A DNA stretch of 32,000 bases from Candidatus Hadarchaeota archaeon (lineage in GTDB: Archaea > Hadarchaeota > Hadarchaeia > Hadarchaeales > Hadarchaeaceae), in assembly GCA_964514965.1 (NCBI GenBank), contig CAZETV010000001.1:120001-152000 (forward strand), given 5' to 3'. Each line of letters begins with the position of its first letter. The stretch's first letter is position 1. Position numbers and translations under genes: made by a program. Of this stretch, positions 9,158 to 17,517 are shown piece after piece. The notes beneath the pieces were generated by a model. It did not search any database. It saw only the letters and a list, made by a program, of their open reading frames with translations, and was not told the DNA's origin.

Positions 9158-9991
9158 TTGAATAGCAGTTGCGGCGTTAAAGCCGGAAGCCTCGGCGATG
9201 AGATCAAGCTCATCATCAGAGGCGACGATATGGGATTTTGTCATAGTGCCAATTTAGCTTTTGAAAAAACTTGTAAGGAGGGAATTTTGACTTCGGCTGA
9301 GATAATGGTTCCGCCTCCTTGGTTCAATGAATCAGTCGAGATGGCAAGAAAAAACCCGAAGCTTGACATCGGAGTGCACTTGGTTCTGACCAGCGAATGG
9401 CAGCTCTACTCCTGGGGGCCAGTATTACCAGCATCTGAGGTGCCCAGTTTGGTTGATAAAGATGGTCATTTCTTCTCGTCTAAGCGTTCCTTCTTGGCGG
9501 CTAGACCGAAACCGGCTGAAGTCGAAAAAGAACTCAGAGCTCAGATTGAACTGGCGCTGAAAAAAGGCTTGAATGTTTCGCATTTATCTAGCCATATGTT
9601 CGCGACAAAATTTACTCCTAAACTGAAAATGATTACGAAGAAACTTTCCGCAGAGTATAAATTACCCATCTCTGGTGATATGGGAGAAAAACGTGGCGAA
9701 TGGTTCCCCATCTATGATGTCCCGCCTAAAAAGAAAGAAAATGTCTTAACAAGTATTCTTAAGAAACTCACCCCTGGCCTCTGGATGATTGGCACTCATC
9801 CAGGATTGAATACTCCCGAAATGAAGGCGATGAAAACGGTGGACCCCCGTGGGCTTAAACAAGTTGCTGCTCATCGGGCAGCAGTCACCAAGGCTTTGAC
9901 CAGCAGAAGGGCTAAACAGATAATAAAAAACAGGAAAATAAAATTGGTAAGTTATCGTGACATACATTTCTGTGATTCAAAAAAAGTCTAA
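9158..9991 (+). CDS. YdjC/ChbG family carbohydrate (chitooligosaccharide-type) deacetylase
   Basis: 277 aa. N-terminal LIIRGDDMGFCHSAN (family DDxG motif), DIGVHLVLTSEW and HLSSHM. TTG start preceded by GAGGAGG. Confidence 0.75.
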   Translation: MNSSCGVKAGSLGDEIKLIIRGDDMGFCHSANLAFEKTCKEGILTSAEIMVPPPWFNESVEMARKNPKLDIGVHLVLTSEWQLYSWGPVLPASEVPSLVDKDGHFFSSKRSFLAARPKPAEVEKELRAQIELALKKGLNVSHLSSHMFATKFTPKLKMITKKLSAEYKLPISGDMGEKRGEWFPIYDVPPKKKENVLTSILKKLTPGLWMIGTHPGLNTPEMKAMKTVDPRGLKQVAAHRAAVTKALTSRRAKQIIKNRKIKLVSYRDIHFCDSKKV

Positions 9992-10030
9992 AATGGTGAC
10001 ACTATACAATTTAAATTTCCAGGATTTTTT

Positions 10031-11293
10031 TTGTGGGGGACAAGTACCTCTGCCCATCAGGTAGAGGGAAACAACAGGAACAATCAGTGGTGGAAGTGGG
10101 AAAAAGAAGTTGGTTTAGAGGAATCAGGAATAGCTTGTGATCACTACAACAAATATAGAGAGGATATCGATTTAATGGCGGAGCTGGGCTACAACGCATA
10201 TCGTTTTTCCATCGAATGGAGCCGCGTAGAGCCCAAAAAAAGACAATTTGATGAAAAGGAAATCGAGCACTACAGAGACGTGATAAATTACATGAAAGAA
10301 AAAGGCATCAAACCGATACCCGTACTACACCACTACACGAACCCCTTATGGTTCATGAACGAAGGAGGATGGATCAAAGAAAAGAACGTTGAGTATTTCA
10401 TCGAGTTCGTGAGGAAAATTGTGGATGAGTTTGAGTTTGACTACTGGCTGACAATAGACGAGCCTATGGTGTATGCTTTTAGCTCATGTTTGGATGACAA
10501 GACTCCCCCAGCTTACTTGGTAAACAATAATTGGCCTCAACGAGAAAAAAGTTTTAAAATGGTTTTTAAGGTGGCTTCAAATCTCCTGCAGGCTCACGCC
10601 AAGTCCTACGAGACAATTCACGAGCATTCTAGGGGCAAGGTAAGTCTAGCAAAGGCGGTGAATATCCTTGAGCCAGCTTCGGGTTCTTCGTTGGACAGGT
10701 GGTCAACAGGCATGTGGGATTACATGGAAAATGGTGTGTTGTTGCAATCCCTGAAGGAAGGCAGACCGTTACCTCCGCTTTCAGGGGAAGAGTTCGGCGA
10801 GGTTCTCGATTTCTTCGGTCTTAATTATTTTTTGGGGCGGGTGTGCTACTTCGAGGAAAGTTCTCCAACTCCGCCTTGGTACTTTTTCCAGACCAAGGCA
10901 AAGGGAGGGGGTGAGGTTAACTCAATGGGGTGGTGGGTATACCCGGAGGGAATTTACAAGGCAATAAAAAGAGTTCATGAGATGTTTGGCCTACCGATAA
11001 TGGTTACTTCGAATGGGATAGGGACAGAGGATGACCTACAGAGGAGGAGATTCTTGGGCAGCCACTTGAAGCAGATTAGGAAAGGCATAGACAACGGGGC
11101 GGACGTAATAGGTTATCTACATTGGAGTTTCATGGACAACTTCGAATGGGCCGAGGGATTTGAACCCAAGTTCGGCCTGGTGGAGGTGGATTACAGTAAT
11201 CTTAAAAGAATACCTAGAAAGAGCGCATACATGTACGGTGAAATTGTCAAAAAGAATGGGATAGGCCCAGAGTTAGAGAAGAAATATCTATAA
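10031..11293 (+). CDS. Glycoside hydrolase family 1-like protein with altered catalytic motifs (TIDEP, VTSNG); start uncertain
   Basis: GH1 motifs: LWGTSTSAHQVEG, ACDHYNKYREDI, YRFSIEWSR, GGW, GLNYF, GWWVYPEG and HWSFMDNFEWAEGFEPKFGLVEVDY. The acid/base motif reads TIDEP rather than T(L/F)NEP. The nucleophile motif reads VTSNG rather than (I/V)TENG. Confidence 0.85.
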   Translation: MWGTSTSAHQVEGNNRNNQWWKWEKEVGLEESGIACDHYNKYREDIDLMAELGYNAYRFSIEWSRVEPKKRQFDEKEIEHYRDVINYMKEKGIKPIPVLHHYTNPLWFMNEGGWIKEKNVEYFIEFVRKIVDEFEFDYWLTIDEPMVYAFSSCLDDKTPPAYLVNNNWPQREKSFKMVFKVASNLLQAHAKSYETIHEHSRGKVSLAKAVNILEPASGSSLDRWSTGMWDYMENGVLLQSLKEGRPLPPLSGEEFGEVLDFFGLNYFLGRVCYFEESSPTPPWYFFQTKAKGGGEVNSMGWWVYPEGIYKAIKRVHEMFGLPIMVTSNGIGTEDDLQRRRFLGSHLKQIRKGIDNGADVIGYLHWSFMDNFEWAEGFEPKFGLVEVDYSNLKRIPRKSAYMYGEIVKKNGIGPELEKKYL

Positions 11294-11384
11294 TAGTTTT
11301 ATCGAGTTATTACGTTGACAAATTTTAGGTTAGAGAAGGGTGCTATTTGAAAAATCGAGAATTAATTCGCTTATCGGAACCTTG

Positions 11385-12245
11385 CTAAACAGTCGCTAAG
11401 CATACTCCGGTGAATATGATGACCATCCCCAAAATCGCTCTTCTGGAGGGTCGCTCCCCAACGAGGAGAATGCTGAGCAGGAAGCCGAAAGGTATCACGG
11501 CGCCGGCGACAGGTGCCAGCGCGCTTGCTTTTTCCATCCCCAGCGCGCTCAGGAATAAGAGGGGACCGATGAGAAAACCGATGGTGCCAGAGAGTAAGCT
11601 CAGCTCCAACCCCTTTTTGTCGAATTTTATGCCGGTCCTAATGTGGCGGACAGCCATTGCGATATTGCAGGCCACCGCTGCGGAGATTACCCTAATCGCA
11701 AGAAGCGTGTTTGCGGTCATCCCTTCATTAAGGCAAAATTTGTTGGGGGCAATTGCCGAACCCCACATGATTGCCACCAGCAAAGCTAGAGGAACCATCC
11801 TCTTCCAGCCATCGCCTGCTTTTTCCCCTTTCGGTGCCAGAAAGTATGCTCCAAGAACCACCAATGCAACCGATACAAAAATGAATGGTGTGATTTCCTC
11901 TCCCAAAAGCAAAACTGAAAAAAGAACGCCCCATACTGAATGGGTGTTGCCGATGGGTAAAACCCTGTGGGCGGCGTCCCTGTTCAATAAATAAAAGTAC
12001 AGCTCACATGCTACGAACCAAGAAACTACTCCAACGATGCTTGCTATCACGGTTAAAAAAAGTCCCGGGTAGCTCAAACTATCGGTCGACAAAGCGAATA
12101 GAACGATCAACGGTGCAACGAAAGTTGGTCTGATGGCGTTGAAGACCGATACGTCCAACTTCCTCAAAGCCAACTTGCCAGTCGTTTGGTCTGCCCCCCA
12201 GCAAAGGGCCGCAACTAGTGCAAGCGCGAATGCGAGAGAATTCAT
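11385..12245 (-). CDS. DMT superfamily (EamA-like) transporter
   Basis: 286 aa with about 10 predicted hydrophobic helices in two similar halves, typical of EamA domains. Confidence 0.75.
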   Translation of the reverse strand: MNSLAFALALVAALCWGADQTTGKLALRKLDVSVFNAIRPTFVAPLIVLFALSTDSLSYPGLFLTVIASIVGVVSWFVACELYFYLLNRDAAHRVLPIGNTHSVWGVLFSVLLLGEEITPFIFVSVALVVLGAYFLAPKGEKAGDGWKRMVPLALLVAIMWGSAIAPNKFCLNEGMTANTLLAIRVISAAVACNIAMAVRHIRTGIKFDKKGLELSLLSGTIGFLIGPLLFLSALGMEKASALAPVAGAVIPFGFLLSILLVGERPSRRAILGMVIIFTGVCLATV

Positions 12246-12302
12246 AGTTTAGAATAAGAGATATATAACATAAAGTTTGTGTGGGGAAAGAGGTCAGTTA
12301 AA

Positions 12303-13526
12303 ATGACAAAATCAAGATTAAATGTTCCGGACGAAAGCCGAAACAATAAATCCATTAAATTGTTTCGGTTTTTTCAGACGGCTGGATGGGGTTCCTTTTC
12401 AATCTTCTTTCCGATTTATCTCGTGGAGTGTGGTATTTCTCTTGTACAAGTTGGAGTAATAATGGCAATCCCTGTGGTGATCGGGATCTTTACGAGTATC
12501 ATGTGGAGTTCCTTTTCCGACGCTATCGGAAGAAGAAAACCTTTTCTGATACAGTCGACTGTTCTAATGACATTGTTTACATTTGCGGTCACGCTGGTAT
12601 CATCGTTTGAGGGGTTTATCATTCTGGGCGTGTTTAGGGCTTTGTTTACGCCCATGGCTGAAGGATTGATAGTGGCGAGTTTGTTTAGAACGTCCAATTA
12701 TCGCAGTAGAGCCACGGCTTACTCGGGTTTTGCAATATGGGGATCCATCGGATGGGCCACCGCCACCGCGCTAGCAGGTGTTGCAGTCTGGGTTTTTGGG
12801 ACAACGGCGGCTTTTTATTTCGCGGGTATACTGTTCACCGTCGCGATTATTTTTTCTCTTCAAGTCCCAGAGCCTAGGGAAATTGATGAGGGCTCCAAAA
12901 CATCAGCACGTAGTTCGGTTCGACCAAGCATTATCGCGGGCTATCTCGCCCCAATACGTGGACTTTTGACGAATAAGAAAATGGTGATTCTCCTCTTTAC
13001 TTCTCTCCCCCTATTTGCGGCGATGAATGCGTCCGAGCGATTCTTTCCTATTTATTTGGAGTCCTCTGGGGCCTCATCCATGCTTATAGGCCTTACTTTC
13101 ACATTTCCTGCTCTATTGGAGATTCCAGTTTTTCTCCGAGTGGGAGGGCTATCCGATAAAATTGGCGTGAGAAAACCTTTGCTCATTTTCTCTGCAGCAG
13201 TGTACGGCCTGCTCTTCTTCCTTGTCGTGTTGACTTCAGATCCCGTTCTACTCTTAGTGGTATATTCATTACTCACACCATTAGCGTGGGCCCCTTTGAT
13301 TACAGGTTCGTCTACTTTGGTTTCGGAAATCGTGCCGCGAGATAAATGGGTTACGGGGCAGACTTTATTAACGATCTGGATGTGGTCCGTGGGCGGTATA
13401 GTTGGCCCTCTCATCGGTGGATTCACTTCGGAAGCATGGGGGTTGCCGGCTATGTTTGCCGTTGCTTCGCTATTTGCGGTAGCATCGGGGATATTCTTTA
13501 GAGGGGTCAGAGAAAAAAGGCTCTAA
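12303..13526 (+). CDS. MFS transporter
   Basis: About 12 hydrophobic helices and the MFS loop motif SDAIGRRKPFL. I prefer ATG 12303 (GAGGT 8 nt upstream) over the ORF-track GTG 12279. Confidence 0.8.
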   Translation: MTKSRLNVPDESRNNKSIKLFRFFQTAGWGSFSIFFPIYLVECGISLVQVGVIMAIPVVIGIFTSIMWSSFSDAIGRRKPFLIQSTVLMTLFTFAVTLVSSFEGFIILGVFRALFTPMAEGLIVASLFRTSNYRSRATAYSGFAIWGSIGWATATALAGVAVWVFGTTAAFYFAGILFTVAIIFSLQVPEPREIDEGSKTSARSSVRPSIIAGYLAPIRGLLTNKKMVILLFTSLPLFAAMNASERFFPIYLESSGASSMLIGLTFTFPALLEIPVFLRVGGLSDKIGVRKPLLIFSAAVYGLLFFLVVLTSDPVLLLVVYSLLTPLAWAPLITGSSTLVSEIVPRDKWVTGQTLLTIWMWSVGGIVGPLIGGFTSEAWGLPAMFAVASLFAVASGIFFRGVREKRL

Positions 13527-13612
13527 GACCCTCAGGTCGCTAATCTTTCAGAGTGGCAATGTATCCGACAAACTGGTCAATGGTTGCGATAGATTAATCC
13601 TTTTCCAATTCA

Positions 13613-14167
13613 TTACCGGGGCATCGCTACTATTTCCCTAACATTTAGGTCCAAAAATTTCCTGGAATAAGACGGCTTCAGGACTATACAGGTATCCGCA
13701 CCATTGTCCGTGCCGGCGATGGCCAACACATCTCGGTCCACGTTTATGAGGCCCGCATCGGCCGCCATTAAAACTATTTCCACACATACCTTCATCCCTT
13801 GGGAGAACCTGTACAAGGTATTGGTAACTATCTCCTCCGCTTCGAATTTTTCGAACGCTTCTCCAACACCAGCGCTCAAGGAGTGCGGGCAGGTAAGCAC
13901 TCTCGCCCTTGCTTCCTCGAGCTTCTTTCGTTCTTGGCCGCTCATCACCCAGCCCTCCTCCTTGAAACCCTCGCAGATAGTCACGACGACGATGTTTACG
14001 CCCATCCTCCTGAATGAGTTAATCACCCTCATACCCGTGCCACCATGACTCGAGGCAACCACAATATCTGTTATGCCAAGCTCGCTTGCTCGCTCCTTTG
14101 CTAGCTCAATAGTCTTATCCGTATTCTCTGGTCCAGGTTTATCGAAATAGAATATTTTCTTTTCCAT
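13613..14167 (-). CDS. Pyruvate kinase C-terminal (alpha/beta) domain-like protein, function unknown
   Basis: About 184 aa. KIFYFDKPGPENTDKTIELAKERA..GI..IVVASSHGGTG pattern of stand-alone PK_C-like proteins. ATG 14167 lies 5 nt after GGGTGA; the ORF-track start 14176 abuts the Shine-Dalgarno site. Confidence 0.55.
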   Translation of the reverse strand: MEKKIFYFDKPGPENTDKTIELAKERASELGITDIVVASSHGGTGMRVINSFRRMGVNIVVVTICEGFKEEGWVMSGQERKKLEEARARVLTCPHSLSAGVGEAFEKFEAEEIVTNTLYRFSQGMKVCVEIVLMAADAGLINVDRDVLAIAGTDNGADTCIVLKPSYSRKFLDLNVREIVAMPR

Positions 14168-14205
14168 ACCATTCACCCTCAGTTTATCCCATGTACATTA
14201 CTTCG

Positions 14206-15300
14206 CTAAATCTCAATCATCTTATACTTGATTTCGCCCATCCCCAGTTTTTCCGCTACGCGCAGTTGAATCATGCTGTCCACACGGTTAATTCTCCCGA
14301 GCCTGTCCGGGCCGTCGTCGGCCAGCGCGCCGGGCACCGCTTTGGCTTTGTCGATGAGATCGAGCGATGCCTTGTCGATCGCGACCGGGTCCAGCGATGC
14401 AAGAATGCCCACATCAGCCACCACAGGATTGCCGGGTTGGGCGTAACAGTCGCAGAGCGGGGTAACATCTTGAATGACATTGATAAAGCAAACTTTGCCA
14501 TTGAACTTTTCCAAAACCGCCGCCGCTGCATGGGCTAGGTAAATTTGCATGCGCTCGTTCGCGCCATCCGGGATTTCCATAGCTTTGTTCGGGCAATCCC
14601 CATAGCAGGAATTGCAACTCATGCACTTCTCCATGTCCCTGCGCGCTTTTCCGCCCTCGACCCGCATCGCCCCGTAGGCGCAACTTTCCACGCATTTGCC
14701 GCAACCGTTGCACTTCTCCAAATCTATCTCAGCTAAGTTGGCCCTGTGCACGGCCGCCTTCCCGTGTTTAGCCACGCACCCCATTCCTACATTCTTGATC
14801 GCGCCGCCGAAGCCCGATAACTCATGTCCCTTTGTATGAGACACTACCACCATCGCATCAGACTCGGCTATGGATTGGGCAACTTCAACATCGTCGAAAT
14901 TACAGCCATCGACCTTCCTGCTCACGGGTTTTTTTGTGATATCGTATCCGAGCAGGCCGTCCGCGATTATTACTGGCGCGCCCATCGATTCGCCCGTGAA
15001 TCCATTCGTGGCCGCCGTCTGAAGATATCCCACGGCTGTCCATCTCGATTGGGGGTAGAGGGTAGTGGTGTCTGTCACGAAAGGGCGCCCTCCCGCCGTC
15101 TTTACAAGTTCCACTATTTTTTTCACGATTCCGGGTCTAACATAGGTCACGTTTCCAAGTTCGCCCATATGTGCTTTGACAGCTACCAAATCATCTTTGC
15201 GTAAGAATCCTGTTAGTGGCAGTTTCCCGAAGAGAGCCTCTATGCCTTCATGAACGGACTTTGCGGCCCCGCGATAATTGAAGAAGAAAACTTCGGACAT
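14206..15300 (-). CDS. DUF362 domain protein with two 4Fe-4S ferredoxin-type clusters
   Basis: Two CxxCxxCxxxCP-type motifs (CNGCGKCVESC, CMSCNSCYGDCP) are inserted in a DUF362-like scaffold. ATG 15300 lies 6 nt after GGAGGT; the ORF-track start is 15306. Confidence 0.75.
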   Translation of the reverse strand: MSEVFFFNYRGAAKSVHEGIEALFGKLPLTGFLRKDDLVAVKAHMGELGNVTYVRPGIVKKIVELVKTAGGRPFVTDTTTLYPQSRWTAVGYLQTAATNGFTGESMGAPVIIADGLLGYDITKKPVSRKVDGCNFDDVEVAQSIAESDAMVVVSHTKGHELSGFGGAIKNVGMGCVAKHGKAAVHRANLAEIDLEKCNGCGKCVESCAYGAMRVEGGKARRDMEKCMSCNSCYGDCPNKAMEIPDGANERMQIYLAHAAAAVLEKFNGKVCFINVIQDVTPLCDCYAQPGNPVVADVGILASLDPVAIDKASLDLIDKAKAVPGALADDGPDRLGRINRVDSMIQLRVAEKLGMGEIKYKMIEI

Positions 15301-15545
15301 TTTCATACCTCCATTTTAGTATCACGTGCGAAGCCGTTATTCACGACCAGCTGCGTGTACCCGTGGGTGCTTTTCTTAGTGATGCGCTTCTGGATAATTT
15401 CTATTGAGGACAAAATTTCTATCACCGACTTAGGTTTGGTATATATATCCTAAAAATATTGCTGAAATAACATCAGCGGAGTTCGCGAAAAAGTTTGAAG
15501 GAAAATATCCGCGCCGTTGAAAAAGAAGTGAAGTATGATCTATGC

Positions 15546-16472
15546 CTATTCTGGATTCATCGGTGAAAATTTCGCAATCAGGCGTAACACATCGTTTAAG
15601 GTCGGAAGGGAGGGTATGCCCCCCAATCCGTTGGTGGTCAGCGCGCCGACCGCGTTCGAGAATGATGCCGTCCTCTCTATCCTCCACCCCTTCAAGGTTC
15701 CGTATATTACACCGCCCATGAAGCCGTCCCCAGCTCCGATCGTGTCGCGCACCTCGACTTTGTACGGGTCGGAATATCCCTTCGAATTTTCGTCTGCGTA
15801 ATAGCACCCGCGATTCCCCAAGGAGATGAACACTTTGTCCACGGATTCAAGCAACCTCTCAGCCGCATCCTCGATGTCCAGCCTTAGTATAAATTTGACC
15901 TCCTCCTCGTTCAACTTTACCACATCCGCCATCTCAAGGCCCACACCAATCCACTTGCGAGCTTTCTTCATGTTTTTCCATAGGCTCAGCCTGAGGTTAG
16001 GGTCGTACGTGACTGTGAGACCGTTCTTCTCCGCTATCTTCACAGCCTTCAGGGTAGCACTCCTCGCTGGTTCAGTTACTAGGGAGATGCTACCGAAGTG
16101 GAAGACTTGGGCGCCAGCTATATAGTCATCATCTATTTCATCCGGCTTCAGCTGTGCATCTGCGCCCCTGTGGAACTGGAAATGGTGCTCCCCATCATCG
16201 TCAATCGAAACGAATGCCCGCGTCGTGTTTGCCCCTCTCTCAAGGCGGACGTTGCTCGTGTCCACCCCCTCCTTTTTTAAGATATTTCTCAGGGGCCTGC
16301 CGAACTCATCGTCCCCGACCTTGCCGATGAACCCGGACCTCAATCCCAAGCGTGAGCAAGCGACCGCGACGTTCGCTGGGGCCCCTCCAGCCGCCTTCTC
16401 AAAGGAAATTCCCCTATTCGTTGGAACGAAATCTATCAGAAGTTCCCCAAGGGAGATAATGTCGATGTTCAT
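15546..16472 (-). CDS. PfkB family carbohydrate kinase (fructokinase/ribokinase-like)
   Basis: 308 aa. N-terminal SLGELLIDF...GGAPANVAVA and C-terminal DTIGAGDGFMGG (PfkB signature 2). Confidence 0.8.
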   Translation of the reverse strand: MNIDIISLGELLIDFVPTNRGISFEKAAGGAPANVAVACSRLGLRSGFIGKVGDDEFGRPLRNILKKEGVDTSNVRLERGANTTRAFVSIDDDGEHHFQFHRGADAQLKPDEIDDDYIAGAQVFHFGSISLVTEPARSATLKAVKIAEKNGLTVTYDPNLRLSLWKNMKKARKWIGVGLEMADVVKLNEEEVKFILRLDIEDAAERLLESVDKVFISLGNRGCYYADENSKGYSDPYKVEVRDTIGAGDGFMGGVIYGTLKGWRIERTASFSNAVGALTTNGLGGIPSLPTLNDVLRLIAKFSPMNPE

Positions 16473-16545
16473 TCAGATCAATACCGTGCTAGTTTCACCT
16501 GTTATTCCTTAACTATACGCTCGTGCTGAGGACTTTCTCTAAAAA

Positions 16546-17517
16546 TTACCGGATATGCTGGAGTACTTCAGTGTTGACAACGTTTTTCGGGAGTTGCCCT
16601 TTCAAGACTTTAAGAATATTTTCACAAGTTACTATGGCAACTCTTCTGAGGCCATCAGTCGTCCAAGCAGCAGAGTGGGGGGTCAATAGGACGTTATCAA
16701 GATTGAATAAGGGATGCTTGGACACTGGTTCATTCTCCAAGACATCTATCCCAGCACCTGCGATCCAGCCCTCTTTCAGCGCCCTGTAAAGCGCGTCATC
16801 CTTTACTATTCCCCCTCGTGCGGCGTTCACTAAGACTGCACTACTCTTCATCAGCCGGAGTTCCTTTTCGCATATCATTCCTCGGGTTTCATCCGTAAGA
16901 GGGCAATTTATGCTGATGTAGTCTGATTCCTTTAACAAAGTCTTGAGGTCAACCACTTGGGCGCTGACCCCTTTCGCCTTTTCATTCGAAACATACGGGT
17001 CATAGGCGAGTACATTCATGTTAAAAGCTTCGGCCATCTTCGCTACAAGATATCCGATGTTGCCGAGCCCAATGATTCCGAGGGTTTTATTCCAGAGTTC
17101 ATCACCTATAAGCTGGTGTCTTTCTCTCCATCTACCGCTCCTAACTAACCTGTCTCGTGACATAAACTTCTTTGAAATAGCTATTATCATCCCAATGACA
17201 TGTTCTGGTACGGACGACCCCTCAACCTGCGGTATGTTAAAAACTAAGACTCCCTTTTTAGTACAAGCGTCCAAATCCACGCTGTCCACTCCGACTCCGT
17301 ATCTACCAATGACTTTCAGTCTCTGTACTCCTTCTAGCGATTTTTTGGATATCTTCGAATCCCCCGCTATGATCGCATCAACATCGCGGATGTCTTTGGC
17401 TAAAACCTCCCCAGAAAATTTTTTGATGTATCTTATCTCGGCGATATCCTCGAGCAACTTTAACCCAAATTCGACTTCGGGAAGCGGCTCCGTAATTAAA
17501 ATTTTATATTTCTTCAT
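16546..17517 (-). CDS. D-isomer-specific 2-hydroxyacid dehydrogenase (glyoxylate/hydroxypyruvate reductase or PGDH-like)
   Basis: NAD-binding GIIGLGNIGYLVA, catalytic region VNAARGGIV and LTPHSA. I trimmed the start to ATG 17517, which overlaps the eda stop as ATGA. Confidence 0.85.
   Translation of the reverse strand: MKKYKILITEPLPEVEFGLKLLEDIAEIRYIKKFSGEVLAKDIRDVDAIIAGDSKISKKSLEGVQRLKVIGRYGVGVDSVDLDACTKKGVLVFNIPQVEGSSVPEHVIGMIIAISKKFMSRDRLVRSGRWRERHQLIGDELWNKTLGIIGLGNIGYLVAKMAEAFNMNVLAYDPYVSNEKAKGVSAQVVDLKTLLKESDYISINCPLTDETRGMICEKELRLMKSSAVLVNAARGGIVKDDALYRALKEGWIAGAGIDVLENEPVSKHPLFNLDNVLLTPHSAAWTTDGLRRVAIVTCENILKVLKGQLPKNVVNTEVLQHIR

Noticed and set aside
10031-11293. Calling the GH1 gene a pseudogene because of the missing nucleophile and the uncertain start.
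   Set aside because: The 420-codon frame is uninterrupted and all substrate-pocket motifs are preserved, which argues for selection. I kept it as a CDS and flagged the anomalies instead.
11410-11994. A 194-aa plus-strand ORF, and similar long ORFs at 17018-17551, 19377-19946, 25007-25615, 28212-28805, 30843-31406, 4618-5040, 13052-13426, 14824-15204 and 15430-15807, plus many shorter ones.
   Set aside because: All lie antisense to, or out of frame within, genes that have clear family motifs. Their sequences are low-complexity or Ser/Pro/Arg-rich with no recognisable domains. They are shadow ORFs.
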